Shown: piece after piece, positions 1 to 8,628 of the stretch
Layout of the letters: each line of letters begins with the position of its first letter
Position numbering within the stretch: the stretch's first letter is position 1
Virus record (IMG/VR): IMGVR_UViG_3300011559_000001
Location: 192,001 to 256,000 of that record
Origin: a virus
Lineage: Duplodnaviria; Caudoviricetes
DNA: 64,000 bases
Strand: one strand, 5' to 3'
Position numbers and translations under genes: made by a program
The notes under the pieces: model-generated
The model's input: only the letters and a program-made list of their open reading frames with translations
The model's database searches: none
Told to the model about the DNA's origin: nothing

Positions 1-2
1 TG

Positions 3-374
3 GTCCCCATTGAGGATGAAGACGAGTGCGAGTTCATTTCTGTGACCTTTACGGAAATGGGCATTAAGCTCAACAAGGAGCACAACCTCAAAGCGGCCAA
101 GGCAGTGATGCCTTCCTTTGCTCCGATGTGGACCAATGACGAGGACGGCACGATCAAGGCTACCTTGACCATGCACAAGGAATCCTCACCCCTGTTCAAA
201 GGGCAGAAGCCGCATGTGTGGGAAGAGATCATCGGTACGGACCGCAAGGCCATGGAGGCCCACATCCGTAAGTCCATGAAGTGGTTGGCCCACTACGGGA
301 TCTACTACAACACCGAAGGGTGGGAATACAACGTCAAGTGGGGCACCCACAAGCCCAAGAAAAAGAAGGAATAA
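3..374 (+). CDS. Hypothetical protein, 5' end outside the window
   Basis: Frame is open from position 3 (VPIEDEDECEFISVTF...) to TAA at 374; phage-like codon usage. Confidence 0.7.
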   Translation, partial: VPIEDEDECEFISVTFTEMGIKLNKEHNLKAAKAVMPSFAPMWTNDEDGTIKATLTMHKESSPLFKGQKPHVWEEIIGTDRKAMEAHIRKSMKWLAHYGIYYNTEGWEYNVKWGTHKPKKKKE

Positions 375-528
375 ACGGGTTTCGAACCCGTACTATCCCC
401 TTGCACGGCTTCCATCAAAAGCTGTTGCGAGCTCGCAACACCCCTGTATTTTGTTATTGACCCGTCTGTAGCATGTGCAGGACGCTTACAATCCTTTCCA
501 AAGACCAATCGAACAAGAGGTACACCGC

Positions 529-1047
529 ATGACCACCGCAACCAAGTCCGCCCCGAAGGCCGCCGCCAGCGATGCCATCGACTACAAGATCACCGAAGCT
601 GTCGACACCCTGGGCGGCATCTACGGCGGCAGCATGAAGGTCGAGTCCGTCGCCAAGGGCGTCAAGGAAGCCCAGATCGTCATCGACGGCGACATCGTCC
701 ACGACAACCTGCCGCCGGGCCACACCGCTGCCTCGATCAAGGAACACCAGAAGCTGCGCGGCCAGGTCGTCGCCGCCCTGGCTACCGCCGCCGGCGCTGT
801 GGCTCTGCCGGCCCTGGCCAAGAACAAGGAACTGGACCGCGTCACCATGAGCACCAAGTTCGGCAACGACAAGATCGAGCTGGCCGTCGAGCGCAACCGC
901 GAATTCGGCGACGGCAACGGCGGCAAGGTGCAGAAGTTCGGCCACGTCAACCTGGGCTACACCGTCTCCGGCGCCACCAATGCCGGCGACTTCAAGAAGG
1001 TGCGCGCGCGCATCGGCGACGAAGCCAAGGCCCTGTTCGGCGGCTGA
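529..1047 (+). CDS. Hypothetical protein, probably highly expressed
   Basis: ATG 529 after AAGAGG RBS; extreme C/G third-position bias like chmA; followed by a hairpin terminator. Confidence 0.85.
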   Translation: MTTATKSAPKAAASDAIDYKITEAVDTLGGIYGGSMKVESVAKGVKEAQIVIDGDIVHDNLPPGHTAASIKEHQKLRGQVVAALATAAGAVALPALAKNKELDRVTMSTKFGNDKIELAVERNREFGDGNGGKVQKFGHVNLGYTVSGATNAGDFKKVRARIGDEAKALFGG

Positions 1048-1076
1048 TCCTGGCCGGCGCGTTTACGCGTCGACAT

Positions 1077-1127
1077 GCGGCGGGGTCCTTCGGGGCCCCG
1101 CTGCGCTATGCAGTCCACATCTTTTTT
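1077..1127 (+). terminator. Hairpin terminator with TATG-type 3' motif
   Basis: GCGGCGGGGTCC-TTCG-GGGCCCCGCTGC, then TATGCAGTC and a T-run. Confidence 0.75.
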
Positions 1128-1147
1128 AGCGGTAGAAGGAAGTAGTA

Positions 1148-1324
1148 GTGCAACCTAACAAGGATTCAGTGAGCGTATCGGAGATGGTCCGCACGTTGCG
1201 AGCACGCAACTACGCGATAGATGCCATTGCCCAAGCGACAGGTTTGCCTGTCAAACACGTCAAGCAGATCATCTCCGATGAGACTCCCTCGATTTTCCCT
1301 GAGCGGTTCAAGAAGCCCAGTTAA
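1148..1324 (+). CDS. Small helix-turn-helix protein (58 aa, missing from the ORF track)
   Basis: GTG after AGAAGGA; MQPNKDSVSVSEMVRTLRARNYAIDAIAQATGLPVKHVKQIISDETPSIFPERFKKPS, with an HTH pattern (IAQATGL.V.HV.QII). Confidence 0.65.
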   Translation: MQPNKDSVSVSEMVRTLRARNYAIDAIAQATGLPVKHVKQIISDETPSIFPERFKKPS

Positions 1325-1334
1325 GGAGTAAGCC

Positions 1335-1814
1335 GTGCCCAAAGTCTTTACCATGCAGGTCGGTAAGTGGCGTCTGGCCAAAGACCGCGACATCAAGATC
1401 ATGGACACCACGGTCAAGTCCGGGTATTCGATCTTCGCTCCGACGTGGGACATGGTCCTTGGGCATAAGAACGGCTCGATGGATGATGACACCTACAGTC
1501 GGCTTTACCGGGACATGCTGGTTCGGTCCTGGACGGAGAACCGCCAGAAATGGATGGACTTCCTCCAGTCTGATGACCAGTTTGCACTGGCGTGCTACTG
1601 CAAGGCCGGTGTGTTCTGCCACCGTCATTTGCTAATCAAGTTCCTGAGCCAACTGTGTAAGCAGCTGGGCATCCATTTTGAGTACTATGGCGAGCTTACC
1701 GATGAACCTCTCCCTGAGCATCCCCACCCTGTTTCGCAACATCCGATCCAAGACACCGGTGGCAGTCCCGCCGGCCGAACCGATCAGCCAGCCCCCGCTG
1801 GTGGCGATGGTTGA
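1335..1814 (+). CDS. DUF488-like protein
   Basis: AAGGAG RBS; FAPTWDMV and ALACYCKAGVFCHRHLL motifs typical of DUF488-related proteins. Confidence 0.6.
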   Translation: MPKVFTMQVGKWRLAKDRDIKIMDTTVKSGYSIFAPTWDMVLGHKNGSMDDDTYSRLYRDMLVRSWTENRQKWMDFLQSDDQFALACYCKAGVFCHRHLLIKFLSQLCKQLGIHFEYYGELTDEPLPEHPHPVSQHPIQDTGGSPAGRTDQPAPAGGDG

Positions 1815-2202
1815 GATCACTGACAATCGCTTGGTGATCTTGGCGCTGTTGGAAGAAGTGGCTGACATTCTCCAGCTGAACCTGTACAACACCCAGACCC
1901 ATCGCGACTACCGGCTGGTGCTCGAACCAGCCACGCAGCTGCAGAAGATCTTCAACGCACCCTTCGTTACCGAAGGCGGTGATGAGGTCTACCTTGATCG
2001 TATCGTGAGTCCGTGGATACATTACGAACTCCTCGATCAGGAGCAGATGTGGATGTGGATTAGTGCCGACCGCTTGCCGGCGGATTTCCGTACTGACTTG
2101 GTTCGCCACCTGTGCCATCGTGATGAGCTCCAAGAGCACATCGCTGGGCTGAGTCAGACCCGTTACGAACGTCTTCGCACCTGGACCAATACTCATGTCT
2201 GA
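1702..2202 (+). CDS. Hypothetical protein (start uncertain: 1702 or 1807)
   Basis: ORF in a tightly packed + strand operon. Confidence 0.65.
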   Translation: MNLSLSIPTLFRNIRSKTPVAVPPAEPISQPPLVAMVEITDNRLVILALLEEVADILQLNLYNTQTHRDYRLVLEPATQLQKIFNAPFVTEGGDEVYLDRIVSPWIHYELLDQEQMWMWISADRLPADFRTDLVRHLCHRDELQEHIAGLSQTRYERLRTWTNTHV

Positions 2203-2929
2203 TATGCCCCATGAAGAACCGATCGGCCTGATCGCGGTTGACCCCAAGCAGGCCATACGCGATGAAGTGGATGCCTACGAGGAACTGTCCGCTGCAGCGG
2301 CCAACCCCAGTGGTGAACTGACGGTCGTGCAGGCTCAGTTGGTTTATCAGATGCTGATGGCAGGTCTGGTCAGCCGGCTGTTCCTGTACCTGTACGGGGA
2401 GCTGGACCGGATCCGTGTTGAGATGGTCTGTGAGGCCATTGAAGCGCATCGGCTGGAGAACCGCGACAACGTGTACACCGACATCGTCGAACGCGGTGTA
2501 GGGCCGCTCAGGGCCGTCTACGAGCATCTGATCGCTGAAGGCCTGATCGAGCGCGAAGCGCTGGGTGCTGAAGCCAACGCCCATCTGGATCTGCAGGACA
2601 AGATCCAGAGTCGCATCGTCAAAGAGCCCTCGTCCTACAAGGACATGGAAGACGTGCCGGCTCCGCCGACCTACTCGGTGCCCGCCGCGGTCAACATGGT
2701 ACACGTCGGTCCGGTACCAGTACCCACCCCGCTCGGACCGTGTGATCCCAGCAAGGTCACCTTCTGGGGTGGTAAGGTGGAGGCTGCTCCTGACAGCGCG
2801 CTGGTTGAAATCTCCAACGAGCGTGCTCGGCAGATGTGGGACAAGATGGACCTCAACGGCAACATCCCGCCGGGTGCGGCGTCTCGCTACACCCTATTGT
2901 ATAAACCCCCATCTGAGCTCGGTGAGTGA
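2195..2929 (+). CDS. Hypothetical protein
   Basis: 244-aa ORF coupled to its neighbours. Confidence 0.75.
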   Translation: MSDMPHEEPIGLIAVDPKQAIRDEVDAYEELSAAAANPSGELTVVQAQLVYQMLMAGLVSRLFLYLYGELDRIRVEMVCEAIEAHRLENRDNVYTDIVERGVGPLRAVYEHLIAEGLIEREALGAEANAHLDLQDKIQSRIVKEPSSYKDMEDVPAPPTYSVPAAVNMVHVGPVPVPTPLGPCDPSKVTFWGGKVEAAPDSALVEISNERARQMWDKMDLNGNIPPGAASRYTLLYKPPSELGE

Positions 2930-2930
2930 G

Positions 2931-3575
2931 ATGACCGCAGTGTGCTACGACGGTGATACGATTGCAGCCGACCGGCTGTCGCGCATCACCACCAAGGACG
3001 GCACCAAGGTAGTGAAGTCGATGGAGCAGGAGAAGATCTCCATCGACTACAAGACGACCATGTTCGATGGCGAGCATGTGTGTGCGGTAGGACGCGCCGG
3101 GCACCTGAAGGTGTCGCTGGAGTTGTTGCGCCTGCTGCGTGATTCGAAGGACCTGTATACCGAGCTGGATTCGATCCCGGCTCGGCTCAAGTCGGTGTTG
3201 GATGATGAAGTGGCGCGCAGCGCTGCTTTGTTGGTCATGACCCAGCACCACGTCTACCGCATGCGTGTGGACAAGCACGGCAAGTGCCGTTGCGAAAAGT
3301 TTGACCGTTCAAAAAAGTTGGCTATCGGGTCGGGATGCGCAACCGCAGTGTTTCTGATGGAACACGCCGGCCTGAACGCAGTGGACGCAGTCGCCGCCAT
3401 GGAACTGGCGCATGACTGTTGTGGGGGTGGTGTCACGTACACCACACGTCTGGTTGCCAACTTCCCCGAACCATTGCGTATCCGGGAACACACTGATAAG
3501 AAGACGGTCACTCAGCGCATGCTTACTGCGCTGTTGAAGGCCAGCGCTGTCCGCCTCTCTACTCAATGTGCATAA
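2931..3575 (+). CDS. HslV/proteasome beta-subunit-like Ntn peptidase
   Basis: Starts MTAVCYDGDTIAADR (N-terminal Thr, AAD), with EKI, VGRAG, AIGSG and CGGGV motifs; the true start is 2931, not 2565. Confidence 0.7.
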   Translation: MTAVCYDGDTIAADRLSRITTKDGTKVVKSMEQEKISIDYKTTMFDGEHVCAVGRAGHLKVSLELLRLLRDSKDLYTELDSIPARLKSVLDDEVARSAALLVMTQHHVYRMRVDKHGKCRCEKFDRSKKLAIGSGCATAVFLMEHAGLNAVDAVAAMELAHDCCGGGVTYTTRLVANFPEPLRIREHTDKKTVTQRMLTALLKASAVRLSTQCA

Positions 3576-3609
3576 GACACCCCGGCTTCGGCCGGGGCTT
3601 TATGCCATC
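3570..3609 (+). terminator. Hairpin flanked by GCATAA and TTATGCC
   Basis: CCCCGGC-TTCG-GCCGGGG followed by CTTTATGCC. Confidence 0.7.
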
Positions 3610-3620
3610 GCGAGGACCCA

Positions 3621-4076
3621 ATGAAAGTCGAAGAACAAATCGCCCAGCTGCTGCCGCATTGCGCTAGCATCCCTAAGAAAAGCTACAAGCACAAGAACAT
3701 CCTCTGTCGTTGCATTTACGGCATGTCGTATGCGGCGGCCCTGTCGGCAGAGTCGGAGGGACGCCAGTTGATTCCGGAAATGAGCGCTGCACGCACTAAG
3801 GAACTGGCGGCGATTCACGGTAAATGGATCCATGAACTGGTCGAGACCACCACTCAGTTCCTCACTCACAATGTGGTCGAACCGGGGGCATGCATCAAAC
3901 TGGGCGATTACCTGTTAGTGGCCAACGAAAAGGTCTTTCTGGCACATGTGCTGAGGACCTACCGAGCCCAGAACTCTTTGGCAAGTCCCAACGCTGTTGC
4001 ACACTTCTTGTTGCAGAAGAAGATGGTCACCTCCGTGACTGAGCATCCGGACGTCAGCTACGCCTACACTTGGTAA
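3621..4076 (+). CDS. Hypothetical protein
   Basis: GAGGA RBS, 151 aa. Confidence 0.75.
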   Translation: MKVEEQIAQLLPHCASIPKKSYKHKNILCRCIYGMSYAAALSAESEGRQLIPEMSAARTKELAAIHGKWIHELVETTTQFLTHNVVEPGACIKLGDYLLVANEKVFLAHVLRTYRAQNSLASPNAVAHFLLQKKMVTSVTEHPDVSYAYTW

Positions 4077-4087
4077 GGGATTAGAAA

Positions 4088-4603
4088 ATGCAACTGAACA
4101 TCAACGACTCGTTCTTCGACGGTGCTTCTGATACCGTCCTGCAGGACATGCGCACGATGATCGATCGTGTGCTACTCGCACGAGGTAAAAGCGAGACGCC
4201 GAAGTTGGCCACTCCCTCGTACATGGAGCTGATTGACCTGGGCTCCTCCCAGCTCACTGACTTGATCGACAATGCGATCGAAGCTCGTCGTCACTGCGAC
4301 ATGCTGGCAGAGGTGCAGGTACTGGCACTTTGGCGGGTTGGCCCGCCTCAGAACCTGCCGGTCTTTACCGAAGACACCGAAGGCTGGCTGCTGCACTTCA
4401 CCGTCGAGAGCAAGATGGAGAAGTTCGAAATGCGTGCACTGGCCAGCGGACTGTGGGGGTCGGGTCTGCAACTGACCGAACAGATCACCGATGCGTTCGA
4501 GGCAACGAAAGAGTTCCTGACCAAGGAACACTTCCCCGACACCGACGCCCAGTACGTGTTGGAATGCGTCACCGATCTGACCGGTGCAGTTGTCGCCTGC
4601 TGA
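4088..4603 (+). CDS. Hypothetical protein
   Basis: AAGGGA RBS, 171 aa. Confidence 0.75.
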   Translation: MQLNINDSFFDGASDTVLQDMRTMIDRVLLARGKSETPKLATPSYMELIDLGSSQLTDLIDNAIEARRHCDMLAEVQVLALWRVGPPQNLPVFTEDTEGWLLHFTVESKMEKFEMRALASGLWGSGLQLTEQITDAFEATKEFLTKEHFPDTDAQYVLECVTDLTGAVVAC

Positions 4604-4612
4604 GGAGTTCCC

Positions 4613-4921
4613 ATGTCCCGACGTAATCTTGAGATCATCTCGATCTCCAACAGCGAGACGCTGCCGTTCATCGCACCTGGCTATTGCTTGGCCACGTGCT
4701 ACATCCGGCCGCAGACGTTTGCGGCCGTCACCTTCAAGATGGCTGAGACCGAGCGCGATCCCCACACGTTGATCCCCGAGTTGCTTGAGCAGTTCATCCA
4801 TCTGATGACGCTGGACGATCAGCGGGCACGTGGAATCTTCGACATCCACCCGGATGCGCCGTTGTTCATTACTGACGTGCGTGTCCTGCAGATCATCGAA
4901 GGGACTCCCCGTGCCTTCTGA
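4613..4921 (+). CDS. Hypothetical protein
   Basis: GAGGAG RBS, 102 aa. Confidence 0.75.
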   Translation: MSRRNLEIISISNSETLPFIAPGYCLATCYIRPQTFAAVTFKMAETERDPHTLIPELLEQFIHLMTLDDQRARGIFDIHPDAPLFITDVRVLQIIEGTPRAF

Positions 4922-5120
4922 GGGGACTGACAAGTACGTGGACATCGATCAGGCCTGTCGTGATGTGGCAGGCTTGAACTTTGGTACCCACTACAACGTC
5001 TTTGCAGATGCACCGGTTAAGCAATACGATCCCAACAAGCCCCCGCGTCCTTCGACCCAGTACACGATCCTTGATGGACTGGGGTGGGTGTTTGGTGCTG
5101 CGTTGGGTGCACGGCGGTAA
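4911..5120 (+). CDS. Small hypothetical protein with a hydrophobic C-terminus
   Basis: GTG 4911 after GAAGGGA; ends immediately before a terminator. Confidence 0.55.
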   Translation: MPSEGTDKYVDIDQACRDVAGLNFGTHYNVFADAPVKQYDPNKPPRPSTQYTILDGLGWVFGAALGARR

Positions 5121-5126
5121 TAAAGA

Positions 5127-5173
5127 GCCCTCCACCCTTCGGGGTGGAGGGCATATGCTGTCTTTTCTTTTTT
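5127..5173 (+). terminator. Intrinsic terminator
   Basis: GCCCTCCACCC-TTCG-GGGTGGAGGGC, then ATATGCTGTC and a T-run. Confidence 0.85.
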
Positions 5174-5179
5174 GTCCTC

Positions 5180-5325
5180 GGCAGCATAAAACCCCGCCAC
5201 CTTTCTTAAGGGTGGCGGGGCACAACAGTCCAAGGGGTAGCGAATCCCTTGATCGGGCTGGTCGAAGAGGGAGAGAGATACCCTGCGACCGGTCAGATGC
5301 TCTTGAGACAAATGTCTCTACATAC
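5180..5325 (-). ncRNA. Candidate structured small RNA ending in its own terminator
   Basis: About 105 nt with three stems between two minus-strand hairpin terminators (5181-5220 and 5329-5362); no credible ORF. Confidence 0.35.
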
Positions 5326-5328
5326 CAT

Positions 5329-5362
5329 ACAGCATAAAGCGGGAGGTTTCCCTCCCGCTTTA
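5329..5362 (-). terminator. Terminator of the tail tube/sheath operon
   Basis: TAAAGCGGGAGG-N4-CCTCCCGCTTTA, followed on the minus strand by TGCTG. Confidence 0.8.
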
Positions 5363-5386
5363 GACTATTGACTTCACCAGGCCGAA

Positions 5387-6262
5387 TTAACGGGCCATGG
5401 TGTTGCCGCTGGTGGCGACCTTGGCCAGCTGTTCCGCATAACCGTTGTCGGTGTTGCGGACGTACGGGTCGATCTCGTTCACGAACGCGTTCTGGAAGTT
5501 CGGGTTCATGCCGTTGAGCGACATCGCAGTCAGGCGGGCCTGGGCGAACTCGGTCACGCGGGTACCGACCTGGGTCAGCGCGGTGAACTCGACGTTGTAG
5601 TCGAGCGACTCGCCGCCCTGGGTCAGATCGCGACGGCCGGTGTTCTCGGCCACCTGGTTGTTCGGACGCATGTTGGTGCACAGCCAGGCCTTGCTCACCT
5701 TGGTGAAGGTCGGGTCGGGCTCGAAGAACAGCATGGTCGCGCCGTTGTAGTCCGGCAGCAGGTCCGACGGACGCTTGCCCGTGGCAATGATGCCCGGTGC
5801 CTTGGTCGTCGGATCCATGATCAGCATCTGCACCCAGCCTTCAAGGAAGGCGCGGACCGGCATGCCGTACTTTTCGTTCCACACGAAGGTGGGGGTCGAA
5901 CGTGCACGGGTGACGTTGCTGACGTCCTGCTGCATTTCACCTGCGCCGCCGACAGCGTTCTCGACGTGTTCGACGGTCAGGGTGGACTGCAGGCCTTCGA
6001 TCGACTTGGGATGCAGCTCGACCAACGACTTCAGGGTCTGCTCCCAGATCTCCGGGTTGTCCAGGTCACGGAAGCCGCGCGGCGCGGCAACCAGCTGGCA
6101 GATGATGTTCCGGCGGACGTAGGACGAGTTGGCCGCGTAACCGACGAAGTCGGTCATCGGACCTTGCTGACCACCGACCTGCAGGTTCACCATCGGGGCC
6201 TGGGAGCCCTGCCCGTAGGCACGGTTACCCAGGATGGTGTTTTGCATGCGAGAGTTGCTCAT
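5387..6262 (-). CDS. Tail tube protein (phiKZ gp30-like)
   Basis: 291 aa directly downstream of the sheath gene; size, sequence and synteny match phiKZ-like tail tubes. Confidence 0.8.
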   Translation of the reverse strand: MSNSRMQNTILGNRAYGQGSQAPMVNLQVGGQQGPMTDFVGYAANSSYVRRNIICQLVAAPRGFRDLDNPEIWEQTLKSLVELHPKSIEGLQSTLTVEHVENAVGGAGEMQQDVSNVTRARSTPTFVWNEKYGMPVRAFLEGWVQMLIMDPTTKAPGIIATGKRPSDLLPDYNGATMLFFEPDPTFTKVSKAWLCTNMRPNNQVAENTGRRDLTQGGESLDYNVEFTALTQVGTRVTEFAQARLTAMSLNGMNPNFQNAFVNEIDPYVRNTDNGYAEQLAKVATSGNTMAR

Positions 6263-6304
6263 TTCAGGGTTTCCTCAGAAACAGTGTTCAGCGAAGGAGC
6301 TGGC

Positions 6305-8416
6305 TTACGCCAACTCCAGTTCGCTGGAACGGTGGGCGACGATGGTGGCGGTGCCCACGGTACGCATGTTCTCGCCGTACATGTGGATGTCCGTACGCCA
6401 GCTGTAACCACGCTGTTCGTCGGCCGCGGTGAAGTAGGTATCCGGACGGATCGTGACCCGGCCGTCGTACTTGCCTTCGGTGCGGTCCATGATCATCTGG
6501 TTGGAGCGCTGGATGAACACAGCCTTGGTCATCTTGCCGCTGGTGCCGACCAGGTCACGCCAGGTGCGCTGAGCAACCTTCTCCAGGTCGATGGCGATGG
6601 CCATGTTGAAGAAGTTGTTCAGGATCGAGGTGTCGTTGTCGTACACCGTCTGCAGGGCCGGCCAGAAGATCGAACGCATGTCGTAGTTCTGCGCCCAGAT
6701 CAGGCCGTTGCGCCAGTCGTTCTGACGAGCGTTGGCCGACTTGAACGTCACGTTCAGGTTCTTGAACTTCTGGACCTGGTTCATCGGCGCCTGGTCGTAG
6801 GCATTGGCCGAAGCCCAGATGCCGGTACCGGCACCCATGTAAGCTGCAGCCTTGGCAGCGAACTCGATGGTCAGCGGCAGGTGCTTGTGGCCGTTCGGGC
6901 CCTTGTACTTGGAACCGATCAATTCACCGGCATGGCCGACGACGATCGCACGGCACACCGGGGTGCCATGGATTTCCGATTCCGGGTACAGGCGCGCAGC
7001 GTTCTTCAGGGTGATCGCCATCGAGGATTCCACCGAGGCGCTGTTCAGCGGCTGGGAGACGTCCTGGGTGGAGAGGATCACGCCGACGTCCTTGCGGTGG
7101 CCCAGCGGGCTCAGCAGCGACAGCTTGGTGTCCAGGGTGAAGCCCGAGTCGTAGTAGAACGAGAACGGGTACTTGGCATCGTCCAGCAGATCCAGCGTGC
7201 TGGTGGCGTAGCTGAGCATGGCGTTGCGGACCAGGCCGTCGTGGACTGCGAAGTCCATCGTACCGTCCGAACCGCCGGCAGCCCACACCGCGGTGGATTC
7301 GCTGAAGCGGGTACCACCGGCGGCTGCACCTTCCAGCTCGTAGCTGTAGTACGGGGTGCCCTGCGGCGAGGTGGCGCCGAACAGGTTGACCACGTGCAGG
7401 TACTCGGAGTCCTCGTCCATGGTCAGCTCGGGGAGCAGACCCAGCGGGGCTTCCAGTTCACCGACCATGGCCAGCAGCTGAGCCAGGTTTTCGTGGTAGA
7501 CCTTGACGCGACCGAACGGACCGTAGATCGGGCTCATGCCCGAGGCCGGATCTGCCGACTGGTAGGTGTTCAGGAACACGTCTTCCAGCGAGATCTCGGT
7601 GTCGCTGGACGGATCCACGGCACCTTCCTTGAAGGCGAAGTCGATCGACTGGTCACCGCCCAGGGTCGGGCTGATGTTGACGGTCGAGCTTTCGTCCAGG
7701 CGGTTCACCAGGGACAGGCGATAGACGTAGGCCTTGACGGACTCGACCAGATCGCTGTTCAGGGTGACGGCCGACTTCAGGGTCGGGGCGGTCAGGCGCA
7801 GGCCCAGGTTGTTACCGTAGGCGCCGAAGAAGTTCGCTTCCAGCTCCAGGATCGGGTAGACCGTAGACTGGGCGTCGGCACTGGAGGTGATCGAACCGAC
7901 CTTGGCAGTGACTTCACCGAAGGGCTGCACGGTCGAGCCGGCGGTCCAGTCGTTGATGACGAACTTGCCGCGGGTACCGGCGATCTTGGCAGCGCCACCG
8001 GTGAGCGGGATCTTGTTGCCGTCGGTGCCCAGCTTGAAGCTGCCGTCCGGATTGCGCTCGTACTGCTGGATCTGATCGGCGACGACGTCGAGGCTGATCA
8101 GCAGGCGCGCATTCGGGCCGGCATCGGCCGGCTTCAGGCGCTGAACGAAGATCGAGTTGCCAGCACCCATGACGGTGGCGGCCAGCTCGCTCTGGTGGTT
8201 GTAGTAGGCGCTGCGCGAATCCAGGGTCTTGCTGCCGAACAGCGTCTGGAAGACGCCGCCGGAGGCCAGGGAGATTTCCGGGCCCTTCTCAGCGAAAAGG
8301 AAAACGTGCGGCAGGTGGGTGGGGACTTGCTCGGGCTCCTGCACGGGCGCACGGATGGAATCATCCCGGATGCCCTGCAGATTGAGGAACGGAGCAGCGC
8401 TGATGGAGTTGCTCAT
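6305..8416 (-). CDS. Contractile tail sheath protein (phiKZ gp29-like)
   Basis: 703 aa; GIRDDS N-terminus, YDSGFTLDTK and FWPALQTVYDNDTSILN segments of phiKZ-like sheaths. Confidence 0.88.
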   Translation of the reverse strand: MSNSISAAPFLNLQGIRDDSIRAPVQEPEQVPTHLPHVFLFAEKGPEISLASGGVFQTLFGSKTLDSRSAYYNHQSELAATVMGAGNSIFVQRLKPADAGPNARLLISLDVVADQIQQYERNPDGSFKLGTDGNKIPLTGGAAKIAGTRGKFVINDWTAGSTVQPFGEVTAKVGSITSSADAQSTVYPILELEANFFGAYGNNLGLRLTAPTLKSAVTLNSDLVESVKAYVYRLSLVNRLDESSTVNISPTLGGDQSIDFAFKEGAVDPSSDTEISLEDVFLNTYQSADPASGMSPIYGPFGRVKVYHENLAQLLAMVGELEAPLGLLPELTMDEDSEYLHVVNLFGATSPQGTPYYSYELEGAAAGGTRFSESTAVWAAGGSDGTMDFAVHDGLVRNAMLSYATSTLDLLDDAKYPFSFYYDSGFTLDTKLSLLSPLGHRKDVGVILSTQDVSQPLNSASVESSMAITLKNAARLYPESEIHGTPVCRAIVVGHAGELIGSKYKGPNGHKHLPLTIEFAAKAAAYMGAGTGIWASANAYDQAPMNQVQKFKNLNVTFKSANARQNDWRNGLIWAQNYDMRSIFWPALQTVYDNDTSILNNFFNMAIAIDLEKVAQRTWRDLVGTSGKMTKAVFIQRSNQMIMDRTEGKYDGRVTIRPDTYFTAADEQRGYSWRTDIHMYGENMRTVGTATIVAHRSSELELA

Positions 8417-8628
8417 TTGGAAAAAGCTCCTTGAACTGGGACCAGTTGATCCTGAGCCAACACAATTCCCGGAACGCGACTCCAGAAATAAAGCTGGTTG
8501 ACACAGGTGGTGCTGACTAATGCTATAGCAATGGAGTGATGTCGCGCATCATAGTAATACACGCACAACATCACGCAAATGTGCGCTATAGCGTTTTCGA
8601 TGAAAAATAACAGCAGGAGTGCGAACAG

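Noticed and set aside
445-480. TGTATTTTGTTAT as a third copy of the bipartite promoter motif
   Set aside because: The upstream box is similar, but the downstream element is CATG and about 3 nt out of register
2565-2930. N-terminal 122 aa of the called 336-aa ORF
   Set aside because: Overlaps the upstream gene out of frame; the catalytic Thr requires the start at 2931
5966-8434. 822-aa + strand ORF and other very long antisense ORFs (9641-12010, 12204-14093, 31005-33389, 34522-36378, 45924-47681, 52355-54151)
   Set aside because: Shadow frames of genuine genes caused by strong GC3 codon bias; no RBS or recognisable motifs
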